A DNA stretch of 64,000 bases, from the NCBI GenBank assembly GCA_951406725.2, contig OX597814.1, positions 186,062,001-186,126,000 of the forward strand, written 5' to 3'. Each line of letters starts with the position of its first letter. Position 1 is the stretch's first letter. Position numbers and translations under genes: made by a program. Below, piece after piece: positions 61,601 through 64,000 of the stretch. This DNA is from Octopus vulgaris. Lineage: Eukaryota. The notes under the pieces were generated by a model. The model was given only the letters and a program-made list of their open reading frames with translations. It searched no databases and had not been told where the DNA came from.

Positions 61601-61975
61601 ATATTGCTGATTGAAACTTAATAACAGTCAATCGATGGGCAGCACCAGTTTAAATTGATTCTAACCCAGGCAAGAAAGAAAAATCAATATGTAAAAGCTG
61701 ATAGATCAATAGGATCATAAGGTTATTTATTTAATTTTCCCTTTATTTTTTATTTTTATACAGAAAGGTGTGGTCCTTGCTGTCTGAATTTTAAAGATGA
61801 AGTGAAATGCAAAGAAAGGGCTGAGTGGTAAGAAGTTTGATTCCCAACCACAAGCTTCAGGATTCAGTCACACAGCATAGAACCTTGAGCAAGTGTCTAT
61901 AGCCTCAGGATGACCAAACCCTTGTGAGTGGATTAGGTCGATAGAAATTGAAAGAAGCCCATCATATATACATAT

Positions 61976-62502
61976 ATCATCATCATAATTTAACGTCTCC
62001 TTTCCACACTGGCATGGGTTGGATGGTTTGACAGGAGCTAGCTAAGCAGATGACAGCACCAGAATTGTGTCTGTTTTAGCACAGATTTTACAGCTGGATG
62101 CCCTTCTTAACACCAACCACATACATATATATATATATATATATATATGACATCAACATCAACACCAATATCAAAATCAAATCAAATGGAAATTGTTGTT
62201 GTGAGCCGGCAGCATGTAAAAAGCACCATCCGAATGTGGCTGATGCCAGTGCCACTTTGATTGGCTTCTGTGCCGGTGGCACATAAAAGGCTCCATCCAA
62301 CTGTGGTCGATGCCAGCTCCTCTGGCCCCAATGCCAGTGGCACATAGAAAGCACCTACTACACTTTCGGAGTGGTTGGTGTTAGGAAGGGCTTCCAGCTG
62401 TAAAAACACTGCCAGATCAGACTGGGGCCTGGTGCAGCCTTCTGGCTTCCCAGAGCCTGGTCAAACTGTTCAACCCATAACAGCATGAAATATGGATGTT
62501 AA

Positions 62503-62541
<39 letters not shown>

Positions 62542-62555
62542 GTTATGATGATGAT
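61976..62555. mobile_element. two family C copies in opposite orientation (61976-62120 minus; 62150-62555 plus), after an A-type head at 61820-61965
   Basis: (CAT)n-TTTAACGTC tail on the left; three internal units and (GAT)n tail on the right. Confidence 0.8.
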
Positions 62556-62740
62556 ATTATAATGAAAAAGTAACATGATAAACATTTTTGTTAATATATT
62601 CAATATCCTAAGTAGATTAATGTCACTACTTTAATTAATAAAAACATAATTAGTCATTTTAGCATCTACCTTCCTTACACCTGAGCCATTCTAAATTCAT
62701 TAGAGTACATCAACAGGCTCATGCTATACAGAAAAAAAAA

Positions 62741-62802
<62 letters not shown>

Positions 62803-62939
62803 TGTGTAGGTACGTAAATGGTATTTTAAATACATTTTAAAAGGAAAGAGAATTTATACATGTGTGCACATGAGATGAGATGAGTGCATGCTCTGGTGCC
62901 AAGGAAAAAGGTAAATATGCAAAGAGTATTACATACATG

Positions 62940-62974
<35 letters not shown>

Positions 62975-63449
62975 GTCTGTGTGTGCATATAAATATGTGT
63001 AAGGTATGTAAATTCTTTCTATCTCATAGACAAACAGATTATCTTTTACCTTAGAAAAGATTAAATAAAAATAAGGGGGAAAAATAGGTAAGATTAAATA
63101 AAAATCAAATATATATATATATATATATACAAGGTAAAGTTTAGAATACTTATAAGAAACTATGAAATAATTGAGAGGTTTTCTTTAAGCTGTCTTGCCT
63201 TGAAATCAACCTGAGAGAGGAAAGGCTGCTAGCCATGTTTATTAAAAAAAAAGGGAGAAGAAAGAAAAGAAAAGGGAATTCAACCACAGCTAAAAGTTGG
63301 ATGGAAAAAAAATGAAAGAAAAGTATTACTGAAATAGAAGCCAAGCCAAAACCTACTAGAAAGACAAGTGAGGGAATTAGGAAGGAAAGATGAATGAGAA
63401 ACAGAAGATGGGGGGGCGTAGATGAAGAGAGAAAATTTGTATTTGCTCA

Positions 63450-63485
63450 TGTACATATATATACATACGCATACACACACACACA

Positions 63486-63525
<40 letters not shown>

Positions 63526-63580
63526 AAACATATACACACACAGGCTATATGTATATACACACACATTACATATATTTATA

Positions 63581-63623
<43 letters not shown>

Positions 63624-63667
63624 CATACACCCACATGCTATATGTCTATACACACACATTACATAAG

Positions 63668-63711
<44 letters not shown>

Positions 63712-63838
63712 CACACACATACATATATATATATATAGACATATGAGACAAGACATAAATAATGGTATGTACAAATTATATATATATATATGTATATATA
63801 CACACATATATATGTATATACAAACAGATATATATATG

Positions 63839-63892
<54 letters not shown>

Positions 63893-63950
63893 TAAACACA
63901 CATACATATATACATAAATACACACACACACATTATGTGTGTGTGTATAT
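63450..63950. repeat. TA/CA low-complexity block
   Basis: Direct reading. Confidence 0.93.
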
Positions 63951-64000
63951 ATAATTGATGTGTATAAATAAAAGAAGGGATAAAGATTTAGGAAAGGTAA

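Overview
AT-rich, microsatellite-laden eukaryotic DNA, most likely intronic or intergenic sequence from an octopus (coleoid cephalopod). This is inferred from the 5S rRNA sequence and the repeat families and was not database-checked. No complete host gene is visible; only a few weak + strand exon candidates. Almost all ORFs in the supplied track are microsatellite or SINE artefacts. The window is a dense transposon landscape. It holds at least five SINE-like families (labelled A-E here) and LINE fragments (RTE, CR1, Tx1-like, four R4/Dong-like 3' ends). It also holds decayed DNA transposons (Tc1, mariner, pogo, Tigger-like, piggyBac, two nested hATs) and a non-autonomous Helitron with canonical ends. 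Most interesting: (1) three unrelated fold-back elements each carry a minimal hammerhead-ribozyme motif of the Penelope-like type; one has a tRNA-like pol III head and a 13-bp TSD, making it a candidate ribozyme-bearing, PLE-mobilised SINE. (2) A 5S rRNA copy is fused to the CR1-derived SINE tail (SINE3-like chimera). (3) Three SINE-LINE tail partnerships (CR1, Tx1-like, RTE) are visible in one window. (4) A piggyBac deletion derivative fuses the transposase N-terminus in frame to its Cys-rich domain. Boundaries of degraded repeats are approximate.
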